A stretch of DNA of 64,000 bases from the human T2T-CHM13v2.0 reference genome, Homo sapiens, in the NCBI RefSeq assembly GCF_009914755.1, contig NC_060942.1; one strand, 5' to 3'. Position 1 is the stretch's first letter. Every line of letters starts with the position of its first letter. The position numbers were made by a program, and so were the translations under genes. Below the pieces are notes generated by a model that saw only the letters and a program-made list of their open reading frames with translations, ran no database searches and had not been told where the DNA came from. Of this stretch, positions 53,126 to 64,000 are shown piece after piece.

Positions 53126-55800
53126 AGAACACAGCCTCCAGGAGAGTGCTGTCCACACACAGAAACTCATTCATTGCCCAATCACCACACACGCCCTTTC
53201 TGACTGAACCACGGTTGACTGGAAGAACCGGATGATATCCCAGGTCTGCATTTTTCAAACTCAGTCCCGATTCCAACTCCTTCTGCTCTAACTAAACACA
53301 TGAGTGAGCATTTGGTCATCTCAGGCCAGGCAGGAATATTGGAAACGGATGGAGCAAAGTCACAGACAAAGCCTGCATGCCTGCATGCCATGTTTTTAGG
53401 TTGTAAGGGAACAAATGTTAAACACAAGAAAGGGAATTTTGGCCCTAACCCAGCAGAGTGGGTTTCCCACACAGGCACTCCTGCTGCCGCAGGGCCTCTG
53501 CGCTCGCTGTTTCCCCCGCAATTCACAAGGCTGCACCCCGTCCTAAACGAGCATCTCCCAGACACCAAGAAAGCAAACCTCGTTTCACAGCTTTATCGCC
53601 ACTATCTAGCGCATCTGGCTCCTGGGAGAGAGACCATCAACAAATATGCATTTATGGGATGAATGAGGTGAGTAGGAGTCATTTAATATCCAAGACTCAC
53701 ATGCAATGAGACAGTGCACAGGAAACTGCTAAAAAGCATGAAGCGCAAGATGAATTCGTTAATTCAGCAGGTATCTCTTAAGGACCTGCAAATAAGAACA
53801 GTAACGTTAAGCACAGGCAGCCTCAGGGGCAGGTACGGAATTCTGGCAGCACAGAGCACAGCTCTTAACCCAGTTACCAACCTCGAGTGGGTGCTGAGGT
53901 GGACATCCCAGAGCTACAGTCACTGGAGTCAGTGACCACGGACAGGCTGGAGGCCACGCATTCTAGATGAGGGAGTCTCTCTCCAAAACAAGACGCACCA
54001 GCACGTGCCGAGGAAATGAAACTCCAAATGACGGTAAGATAAAGCACTTCCCAAATGACGTCACCACCCTGGTCACACTGCAGCCGGCCGTGAGGGTGGG
54101 CCAGCCGCCCTGCAGGAGCCAAGTGTTTCAGGGACAGGACCCCGCTCCTCGTCCAGCTCCCCACACCGCGAGCTTCACCGTCCGGAAGTGCGCAAAGCTG
54201 CAAGTGAAAGAGGAAGCCCTGCCTTCTTCCCAGCATCCACGCTCCTGACCCAGAAGGTGATCCACGTACAACCTGAAGTATGAGATTTCATTAGCAGCCC
54301 ATTCTCTTAATTAAAAGCCAGATGGAATATTTGAGGTGATGGCCTCGAATGGTAGATGGTGCTCAGGGCTGACAGCAAATAGGATATTCAGGTCACTGGT
54401 TCTCCCATCCCCAGTAGCTGTGATTAGGAGATGGTCACACCCCTCCTTCACTTTCTTCTTCTTAGATGTTCCCTCTTATTTAAAAAGAAAAATCTATGAA
54501 ACTAGCCCCATACAAGTGTATGGGCATGGGGAACAAATAGGTATTTGTGATATAAAAGCAAACAGCCTCTATCCAAATGACACTGAGGATTTCAACCATA
54601 TATGGCGCGCAGGGTCACCCTCTTCCCAAGGTGAAAATGCCCAGTGCCAGGAGCCCGACGCTGTCTCAGAACTCAGGGCCACTGCATTCAAAATCATTTC
54701 AAGATTTCAGCATTTACTTTTAATATTTGTGAATCTGTAGTAACTTTTATAACAGACATGACTAGTTAACAAAAAACTGGATTTGACAGCAAGAACATCA
54801 CAGTCATCAACAGTGTTGCTCAGAAGAAGATCCATCTATCACTTTTAACCTGTCCTGAAAGGGGGAAACTTGATGAAATCAGGTGTCCAGATTTCATCAC
54901 AATTTGAATTTCTAAGACAATCAAAATGCCAGAGACTAAGACAAAACTACATAGACATCTGGGGGGAAAAACAGCCCCTGGAAAGATATTCAAGCTGAAA
55001 GGATCTTGGCAGCAGGCAGAGTGGTTCTCCAAACTGTGGAGAAGAGAGGCCGTTCCACTGAGAGTGAGAGGCCGGAGCACCGCTGTCAGACGATGTTTTT
55101 GGATATGATGTAGAAAATGCACGAGGAAAAGTTGTAGCTATAATATCCACGGGGGCTTTTCCATGAAAAAACAAGACATAAGCTGCCTGTGCAAGGGGAG
55201 CCAAAGAAATGCTGAAAACCACTGCCACAGGCTGGTGTGATCTGGAAGTTCTCCTCCTGAAACATAAAAAAATAACCCAGACAGACTCAGTGCTTCAGAG
55301 GGACACAAGGAGCACAGAAAAGCCGGGGGACACATAATTGCTTTCAGAGGCTACGCAGTTCAGAAGCAGGTGCAGCCCATCAGGAAGCCACAAGCCCCTC
55401 CAGAGGCACCGAGTCGGGGAGACCCAAGCCCCAAACACCAAGGCCATGGAGTAGGAAAGTGACAGCGTGGGTCTTGCCCTCATTCTCATCAAAGGGCAGC
55501 CCTGGGCTTTCATACAGAATAATAAACGCTGCTGCCAATCGTCCAGCTCAGTCCTATGGCCAGAAAAGTTTCTTCTAAAGAAATGTCTTCAAGAATGATT
55601 CTTATCATGACACATACAATGTGAACTACAAAAAAAAAGAAAAAAAAATCTGAATGACAAGAAAATGCCAGGACTAGAGCAACATGGAACTGAATGGTAT
55701 TATAAAATTTTGATAAATTATACCCCAAGATGTTTATTCTACTTTTTCTGGATGACTGAGTACACATGTTTTCATTTTAAGTGATAATCTACTAACATAA

Positions 55801-56162
<362 letters not shown>

Positions 56163-57351
56163 TTGGAAGCTGTATTTTGATGTCCGAACAAAAACAGTCC
56201 CAAATTAAATATAGAATTTCTGACTAGACAAATTATTCGTGTTACTTTTTAAATCAGTGAGTACAGAATCAACAACTTAAAGGTTAATCAAATACCTCTA
56301 GCTTCCATGACAGCTTTCGGTTAAACAGCAGTTTATCCGGCATAAAACATAATCAGGTTCCAGAAACCTGGAATTTACTAACTGCTTCCTATTGACTCAA
56401 CCATAAAGAAGCGTCGCTCAGGTTTGGTTTTTCTGTTGTGAATCAAATGCTGAAGTGAATCGAATTCAAGTTGGCTTTCACGGCTACTCTACACCTTACA
56501 CACCTTCCTTCGTCCCCAGATCCTAACAGCCAACCAAAACACATCCACTGGAGAAAATACAATCAATATATTCTTTTATTATTTTTTAAAACATGGCAAA
56601 CCATACTTTAATCAGAGAGCAATGAAGATTTCCACTTACAAATTTATCCAAGTTGGCAAAAAATAATTAGCTAACACGAATCTTTCCTTGTATGACGCAG
56701 CTGTCTGAAGCAGATGCCAGCTAGCACAAAGGCCGTACATGAAGTCTTATCAAGAATGGTGGCGGGGACTGTCGGGAAGAAGGTGCTGACGCCGCTGGTA
56801 GATGTTAGAATGAAAATAAGGAAGCTTAGAGTAAGGAGGAGAGCAGGAAAGCCAGGCCCATAACACTAGTTAGGAAGGAATGGGGGCCTTTCTGAAGGAA
56901 TGGGGGCCTGGAATCTTCCAACAGGAGTCACAAAGAATACAATTAAACCACTTGTGTGTTTTCTCCTACACAAAGTGTTTTAAGAGGCATAGGAGGGAGT
57001 AAGTCTCAGGAAGAGAAATAACACTGTACACTTCTCCGACTTAAAGCCAACTAATATACACACAAACTAGCTAGCACCTGCATGGCTTTCTACAACTTTT
57101 TCTATTGCGATGCATAAATGTCCAAAAACACAGAATCCAAATTCCGTGTCTTTTACAAAGAAACTGTAATGAGTCTTTAAAAAAAAAAATCAGGATCACT
57201 TATTAGTAGAGTCTTCAGATTTAAAATCAGGCATGTGTCTGACTTACGGAACAAAGGCCATTTCATAACACAAGCGGTCTCTGTCCTCCGTGACAGAGGA
57301 AGGCGGATTTCCCCGAGGCATCCTGGCAGCCCGCGCAATGCATGGAAGCTA

Positions 57352-57365
57352 CCACTAGATGGCAC
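57352..57365 (+). promoter_or_regulatory. Strong CTCF core motif CCACTAGATGGCAC
   Basis: Close match to the CTCF consensus within a locally CpG-rich patch. Confidence 0.6.
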
Positions 57366-59360
57366 CTGCGCCCAAGCTATAGCCCGACTCCCTCCTGGTG
57401 CTGGTGCTACGCGTGTGGTCCCCGTACATGGAAGAGCCATCCACTTTTCAACAACAGGCATTTATCCAACAGGCATTTATCTGCAAAAGACTTACACCAA
57501 GAGCTTGCCTTAAAAGATCATCAGGACAAATGCAAAATGCACATGTCTTATGAAGCACAGCACTGTCAGTATAGCAATGCATCCTTTTGATCTGCATCTT
57601 ACATTTCAGTTTGCACCTTCAACAATATTTTCAGAGGCTAAAAATGCAGAGGGCTTTAAATTAATAATATATTTGCATTTTGGCATAGACGGAATTAAGC
57701 AAACTATGTCCATGAACATTACATGTGGGGGATTATATATATAGTCAGCATATCCAACTTCAAAAATGTCCAACCTTGCAAAAACTTACTCAAATGTAAT
57801 GAGTTAGCAATTGACTTAAAGTATGTTAGTCATTTAGTAACTGACTTGAAAATGCTCTCCATGCTGGCTTCAAGGCAGCTCATCTCAGCGAAAGCCTGGG
57901 TGCGTTCTAAGCGCTAGAGAGGAGGTTCAGGAAAACAGCGCCTAAGTTGTCTTCTGTCACCTCTAGACTCGAGGTCCACAGGTCTGACTTCTAGCCCCAG
58001 GGCCCCCCTGATACTGTATAAGTCGGGAAACACTCTCATCCCTTGAACATAGCTCTGGGTGACATCGTCCATTCAATACCGGTCCCAGGTGGTCACCACC
58101 TGCAGGAGGAGACCCAGCCACCAGCCCTCACCATGTTTCTGCTTGGAACCAGCAATAATCACTTAAGATTGTGAGTGACATGTGGATGAAATGGAAACTG
58201 CTAAGATACCTGGCTCTTTGGCCTAGTTTGGTCTCCCAGTGGGGTGGTTTCAAGGGTAAGGATGTGCCTCTCCCACCGTGGGATGAGCAGAGCATCACCG
58301 CAGAGCAATCAGCCCTGCCCAAGGGCAGCAGCCCTTCTGAAAGTGGCCCTTCCTGCACACGCCCCCACTTTAGCAAACTCAGGCAGGAGGGTGTGAAAGG
58401 GCTGGAAATTCAGAGTGAGCAACTGGAAGGGGAGACAGATGGAGGGACAATTTCCCAAGAGGCCGACTTGGGGCAGAAGCCAGAGAGGGAAAAAGACAAC
58501 CCCCAGGTCTGAGCCTAGGCCAGAGATGAACACGGGAGCAGGCGAGGCTCACGGTGTTCACGACACAATTTTCTAAGTCCTTTCACAGAGGTTTATGTTA
58601 CAATTATTGTCATTCTTTGGGTACTGTGATGTGTGTCTTCTGGTAAGACGGACTGAATAATTTGAGAAACAGCTATTTCTGAGCACTTGGTAGGATTTGC
58701 TACCTAAACGCCCAGAAAGTTAAAACTTCATTATTTTAGGACACTAAATAAACAAATAAACATCCCAGCTTTCCCCATTAGACATTCTTACTCTTATGGT
58801 TCTGATGAATTCACAACCTGGCTGGTACTGACCCCGTACTTGGTTGAGTGTGGATTATAAAGCTATAAGCAGAGAGGGGTGACCAAATGGAATCAAACTA
58901 CGTAGGCACGGCCTGTCTGGTTAGGAAGCTTGTCCACACAGAAAGCCAGGCAAAACTAAAGCATGTTATGGTTACACATATATAAACAAATGTGAAACAT
59001 GTAGGTTTTCTACAGCTCCCACATGCAGAGTTCAAACTATTATGTAATATAAATATTGAGTCTCAGAAGTTCCAGTCCACCATGGATACCTAAGGAAAAG
59101 ATCTGACATTTTACTTAAAAATTTCAGCAACTCTCCCCAAATCACAACACTATATTGTTCCTGAAATATCTCAGGCAGGCTTCCTTAATCACACTGTAAG
59201 TTGTAACAAAAGGGTTGTAATTATAGTGTCCATTAAAATGACGTAAACACAAAATATATATATATACATTTCTCCTTCAGACTTCATTCCTTCGTTTTCC
59301 TCTTCTCTCCTATTTTTAAAAAGAGGAAATAACTGTATTTTCCTTTCCTGTACATCTTAA

Positions 59361-59493
59361 CCCATTTATGCCTAGTGTTCCATTATTGGAACGCTAAGCT
59401 CATGGGAGTTATTTATATCCTACTGCTCAAGGTTGTCACCAAGGTCTGATTTTTCACTAAAAAAAGAAATTTGCAACCTCCGGCATAAATGGG
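59361..59493 (+). mobile_element. MER85 piggyBac-family MITE, intact
   Basis: TTAA at 59357-59360 and 59494-59497; terminal inverted repeats CCCATTTATGCC/GGCATAAATGGG; internal imperfect palindrome GTTCCATTATTGGAAC at 59377-59392. Confidence 0.92.
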
Positions 59494-59994
59494 TTAAGTT
59501 TTGCTCTTATAGTTCACCTTCAATTTATCTTTTTTTTTTTTTTTTGTGAACCAAAAAAAAGAATTTCAAGCCCCAATTGAACAATGCCTCAGACAAATCT
59601 CTGGAAAGCCCTAATTACTGCATTTATCTTCTCAACCACTCAGTCATATTTCTATTTTGAGAAGGAGTTACAAAATAATATCTCTGCAACTGTTTCGCAG
59701 GAGCTCGTTGACCAAGCTGGAGCCCTGGATCTATGAATTCAAAATTTTGAAAGCTAAGTAAGCTGTTTTCCATCAAGTACTACATCAAAAAGCTGGTCAC
59801 AAGAGGCCAAGCCTAAGTCCGTCCCTCTCCGCCCAGGGGCTTCTCCGAGGCCATCTCCGAAACGCCCTGCAGCTGCTGGCAGAGCCCGCATGGGCCCCTA
59901 TGTGGCCCCTGGACAGACGGACGGCACTCCTGGGGCAAGGTGAGCCCGGAGCACAACCGGCCTCCCAGTCAGTTCCTTCCCGGGGCTCTCAGAG

Positions 59995-60796
59995 CCAACC
60001 ACACCCCCGCGCCGCATCTCTCCACCACCAACCACACCCCCGCGCTCCATCTCTCCACCAACCACACCCCCGCGCCGCACCTCTCCACCACCAACCACAC
60101 CCCCGCGCCGCACCCCTCCACCACCAACCACACCCCCGCGCCGCACCCCTCCACCACCAACCACACCCCCGCGCCGCACCCCTCCACCACCCACACCCCC
60201 GCGCCGCACCCCTCCACCACCAACCACAGCCCCGCGCCGCACCCCTCCACCACCAACCACACCCCCGCGCTCCATCTCTCCACCAACCACACCCCCGCGC
60301 CGCACCTCTCCACCACCAACCACACCCCCGCGCCGCACCCCTCCACCACCAACCACACCCCCGCGCCGCACCCCTCCACCACCAACCACAGCCCCGCGCC
60401 GCACCCCTCCACCACCCACACCCCCGCGCCGCACCCCTCCACCACCAACCACAGCCCCGCGCCGCACCCCTCCACCACCAACCACACCCCCGCGCTCCAT
60501 CTCTCCACCAACCACACCCCCGCGCCGCACCCCTCCACCACCAACCACACCCCCGCGCCGCACCCCTCCACCACCCACACCCCCGCGCCGCACCCCTCCA
60601 CCACCAACCACAGCCCCGCGCCGCACCCCTCCACCACCAACCACACCCCCGCGCTCCATCTCTCCACCAACCACACCCCCGCGCCGCACCCCTCCACCAC
60701 CAACCACACCCCCGCGCCGCACCCCTCCACCACCAACCACACCCCCGCGCCGCACCTCTCCACCACCAACCACACCCCCGCGCCGCATCTCTCCAC
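59995..60796. repeat. 33/30-bp CpG-rich VNTR (AACCACACCCCCGCGCCGCACCCCTCCACCACC), 25 units with variant types
   Basis: Direct reading; units counted from the periodic translation. Confidence 0.95.
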
Positions 60797-61714
60797 TACT
60801 GTTTATAGGCTCTCAAGAGGGACAGGGAAAACCAGTATTGTTTGAGTGCCAACTCTGCATAAACAATTTCCACAGAATGACTGCACATGCATGTGCGTGC
60901 CTATGTGCATGTGTGTACGCGCGTGTGTACACGTTTGTGTGTACACGTGCGCGCATGTGTGCACGTGAACGTGACCAGTGGTCTCTGCATCCCACAGGGA
61001 GGGGAGGGCTTCTCTGAAAAGAAATTGTATATGCACAAGCCTTAGCCCCGCGCCTTCTATTTGCTGAAGACATCGCCTCGGTCAACACCAATGAATTCAT
61101 TTACTCTGTGAATACAAATCCCGCCAGTGGCCACAACAATCCCTCTTGCTGAGTTCAGCAGTGAACGAGGCACACACTGGGCTGTCCCGCGCAGCTGCCT
61201 CCAGAGAAGTCGAGAGTAAACCTGAAGAAAGGGTGCCCTCCCGTAACCTCCCAGAGCCACCACCCAGAGGACAGGAAGGGTCCCACAGGCCCCTTCAGCT
61301 TTACCATCCTAAGATGCCTAGGTCCGAGGACATTTCCTTGTCATCCAAGCTACAGGCGTCCCACAGCTGAGAACCCGGACCTGTGTGACCTGTGACCCCC
61401 TCTGCCACCCACGTGACAGGACAGACCATGGACCAAGTGGCCCCTCAGGGACCCAGGCTGTCTGAGGCCCCTGCGGGGGACAGAGGAAGACGTTGCTTCT
61501 CCAAGAACACAACTTACACTCGGGCACTCACGGACAGTCGTGATTGCAAAACGGGAAGTGATCTGAAGAGTCGCAACAGATCTGAACGACTAAACTCCGC
61601 TCCTTAAACGAACTTCAGATCAGCGATGACTTGACAGGTCTGACTCTCACGTGATTTCTCCTCTCTGAACTAGAAGCGAGCTCCATCGGGCCGCTGCGCT
61701 TCTATCAGCTTGAG

Positions 61715-61841
61715 CTGATGCCCTCCGTGTTCCCACGCTGGCAGCTGCCGTCTGCGCTCGCAGGACCACAAGTGATGAACTGATGCCCTCCGTGTTCCCA
61801 TGCTGGCAGCTGCTGTCTGCGCTCGCAGGACCACAAGTGAT
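61715..61841. repeat. Two-copy 65-bp tandem duplication
   Basis: ctgatgccctccgtgttccca...gcaggaccacaagtgat starts at 61715 and again at 61780. Confidence 0.9.
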
Positions 61842-63244
61842 CCACTGGTTGTGCCACAGAGTCGAAGCTAGTCGAAGCTACAGGGCTGAGAGCCAGAAGC
61901 CACCTGCAAAGGGAGACTGTGCTCACCTGCGCACCTTCCCAGTTGCTGCTGAGCCACCTGCCTGCCACCAGGCCAGAAACCACCAAAGGCGCCTGGCACT
62001 ACTGTCATTTCCATTATCATCAATGGCTATGACTATTTCTCTGTAATTACCCATGTTTATCTACCCTGCGTTTACTATACATAGGAATAAAACACAACTG
62101 CTTAAACTATTCAAATCCACCTGGAAGTCCATACAACAGTACTATACTGGTGCACCCGTTAAGACACTTCCCTTGCCCAGGGCTGCCTGCACCTGTCTGC
62201 CTGACCTGGTTCATCTCTTCTCATACACATGCAGTCAGATGAGAAGCCACACACACAGGCACGCTGCAACGCACACCAACACGGGTACACATACAAAGCA
62301 CAAGCATGTGGTCATGCATTCATGGACATACATACAACTGTACATGCACAGCCACACCTGGGGGGCACACACGGCACAGGCATGTGTGCAGTCACACACG
62401 CATTCGCACAACTCACAAGAGAATCGCAGTGTGGTCTGGGTTGGGAATCCAGGACTGCAGGGGTCAGCGACTGTACAATGAGATACAGAGCACCCAGCCC
62501 TGACCCTCACGTACCTCCTACAACCAAATACAAGATCTAGAGTTTCACACCCATGAATCCACCATTCTTTAAAGTGAGAAAACAGGCGCATGTTTGGAGG
62601 TAATTCTTAAAGCTGAGAGCATCCAATCTATATCCTTAATAACCTGAGTGAGAAATCACACACATACCACGAGCGAAACACATTACAAGGGCCTCACCTT
62701 CTCCTATTGACAGATTTCCATCAATTTCATGATCTATATGATGTATTCACATCAAAACTAAAAGATGCAGCTGCCAGTAATGAAATACTTATGATTTTTA
62801 AAATCTGGGGAACATGCATACCCCTGCAACAGTCTCGATGTCTACAAAAAGCACAGGTCCAAGGACTAAGCATCCTGCGGACAACGAGCACCGACCACCA
62901 CTCCCTGTGGCCCCCACGTGGGTACCAGAGCAGCAGCGGACAGGCTGGCAGCCTGGGGCTCCTGTCCACTGGGCAGGGCTGGGGCAGAACTGGCCTCCCC
63001 ACTCCACTCTGTGGCTCTCCAACACCCCTGGGGACTTAGCAGTCTCCAGTGACAAATGTTGCTGAAAAGTCACCAATCTCAAGCCCTGGGCAAAGGGAAG
63101 ACCCTCGGAAGCAGGTGGTCCCACATGGTATCGCCCTCTTCCATGAACCCCAGAGCCAGGGGGGTCCCCAAGGACCTCACATGCAGCTCCACACACGCCT
63201 GGGGGAGACGACGTGATCCCACTCGCCCCACTCCAGCACTTCGT

Positions 63245-63837
63245 GCATGTGGACCGTGTGTATGTGTGAGTGCATATACTACGTGTAAGTGTGCATGTGT
63301 GTGAACGGCAGTTTTAGAGTATCTGTGTGAGTGTGGGGGTGAGTGAGCATGTGTGCACGTGTAAGAGTGTGCATGTGTGTGAGCAAGTTTGTGTTTGTGC
63401 ATGTGAGCATGTAAGCATGTGTGCATGTGTGTGCATGTGACTGCACAAGTAATGTGTGTGAACATGTGTGAACGTGTGCATGTGTTTGTATGTTTGTGAG
63501 TATGTAATGAGTAAGCATGTGTGCATACTAGTGTATGTTTGTAAGTATGAGTGCACCTGTGTGAGGATGCATGTGCATGTGTACATGGGTGAGCGTGAGT
63601 TTGTGCCTGTGAGCATGAGTGTGAGCATGAGCATATGTACGTGTGCATGTGATCAGCATGTGCGTTGAGTGTGTGCATGAGCATATGAGCATGTTTGAGC
63701 ATGAGTACATGTGTGAGCATATGTGTGCATGTTAGCATGTGTGCACGAGTTTGCATGTGTATCACTGTAACTGTGTGCATGTGTGAGCATCTGTCCATGT
63801 ATGGTGAGCATGACTGTGAGTATGAGCGTGTGTGTGT
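63245..63837. repeat. Degenerate (TG/CATG)n alternating purine-pyrimidine tract
   Basis: About 600 bp of tgtgtgcatgtgag-type sequence; smaller related tracts at 60880-60972 and 62220-62420. Confidence 0.9.
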
Positions 63838-64000
63838 GGGGCCGTCCCTGCAGACAGGAGAGTCCTAAGCCACGGTCGATGGTCCCCCTACCCTCCTTGG
63901 TCCCCTCCCCACACATGCAGCAACCCAGGTATAAGCAGTACCCTGCCCTTTGCTCCCAGCAAAGACCTCAGGTGCTGGGCCCATTGCAGGCACAAGCTAG

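Noticed and set aside
59898-60845. ~300-aa His/Pro-rich, mucin-like or Gly/Arg-rich ORFs
   Set aside because: VNTR translations with unit lengths that are multiples of 3. The same holds for the Gly-rich ORFs at 52537-53235.

Overview
This window looks like primate, almost certainly human, genomic DNA: it carries Alus, MaLR/ERV1 solo LTRs, MER85 and GC-rich minisatellites. It holds the 3' part of ZNF516 (known from 18q23) on the minus strand. Four coding exons splice in frame with canonical AG/GT sites: 40095-38647, 31383-31279, 30407-30340 and 22369-22310 (stop TAA). A ~4.8 kb 3'UTR follows, with at least two AATAAA signals. Positions 40096-64000 appear to be one large upstream intron, and 1-17490 is downstream intergenic DNA. 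Almost all other ORFs in the track are repeat or GC artefacts. I found no foreign, prokaryotic or clearly new protein-coding system. The best leads are regulatory. (1) Two intronic VNTRs 17 kb apart share a core and form dense CAGGT(A/G) ZEB/Snail-type arrays. (2) A third VNTR repeats overlapping RUNX and KLF sites. (3) The symmetric 1449-nt exon carrying both CtBP-binding motifs is flanked by inverted Alus and would form a stop-free circle. (4) An intact MER85 piggyBac MITE is present. (5) A left-arm-only AluY retains its target-site duplication. (6) A CpG-rich VNTR abuts the distal poly(A) site. Repeat-family names are from recognition by eye, not a database search.
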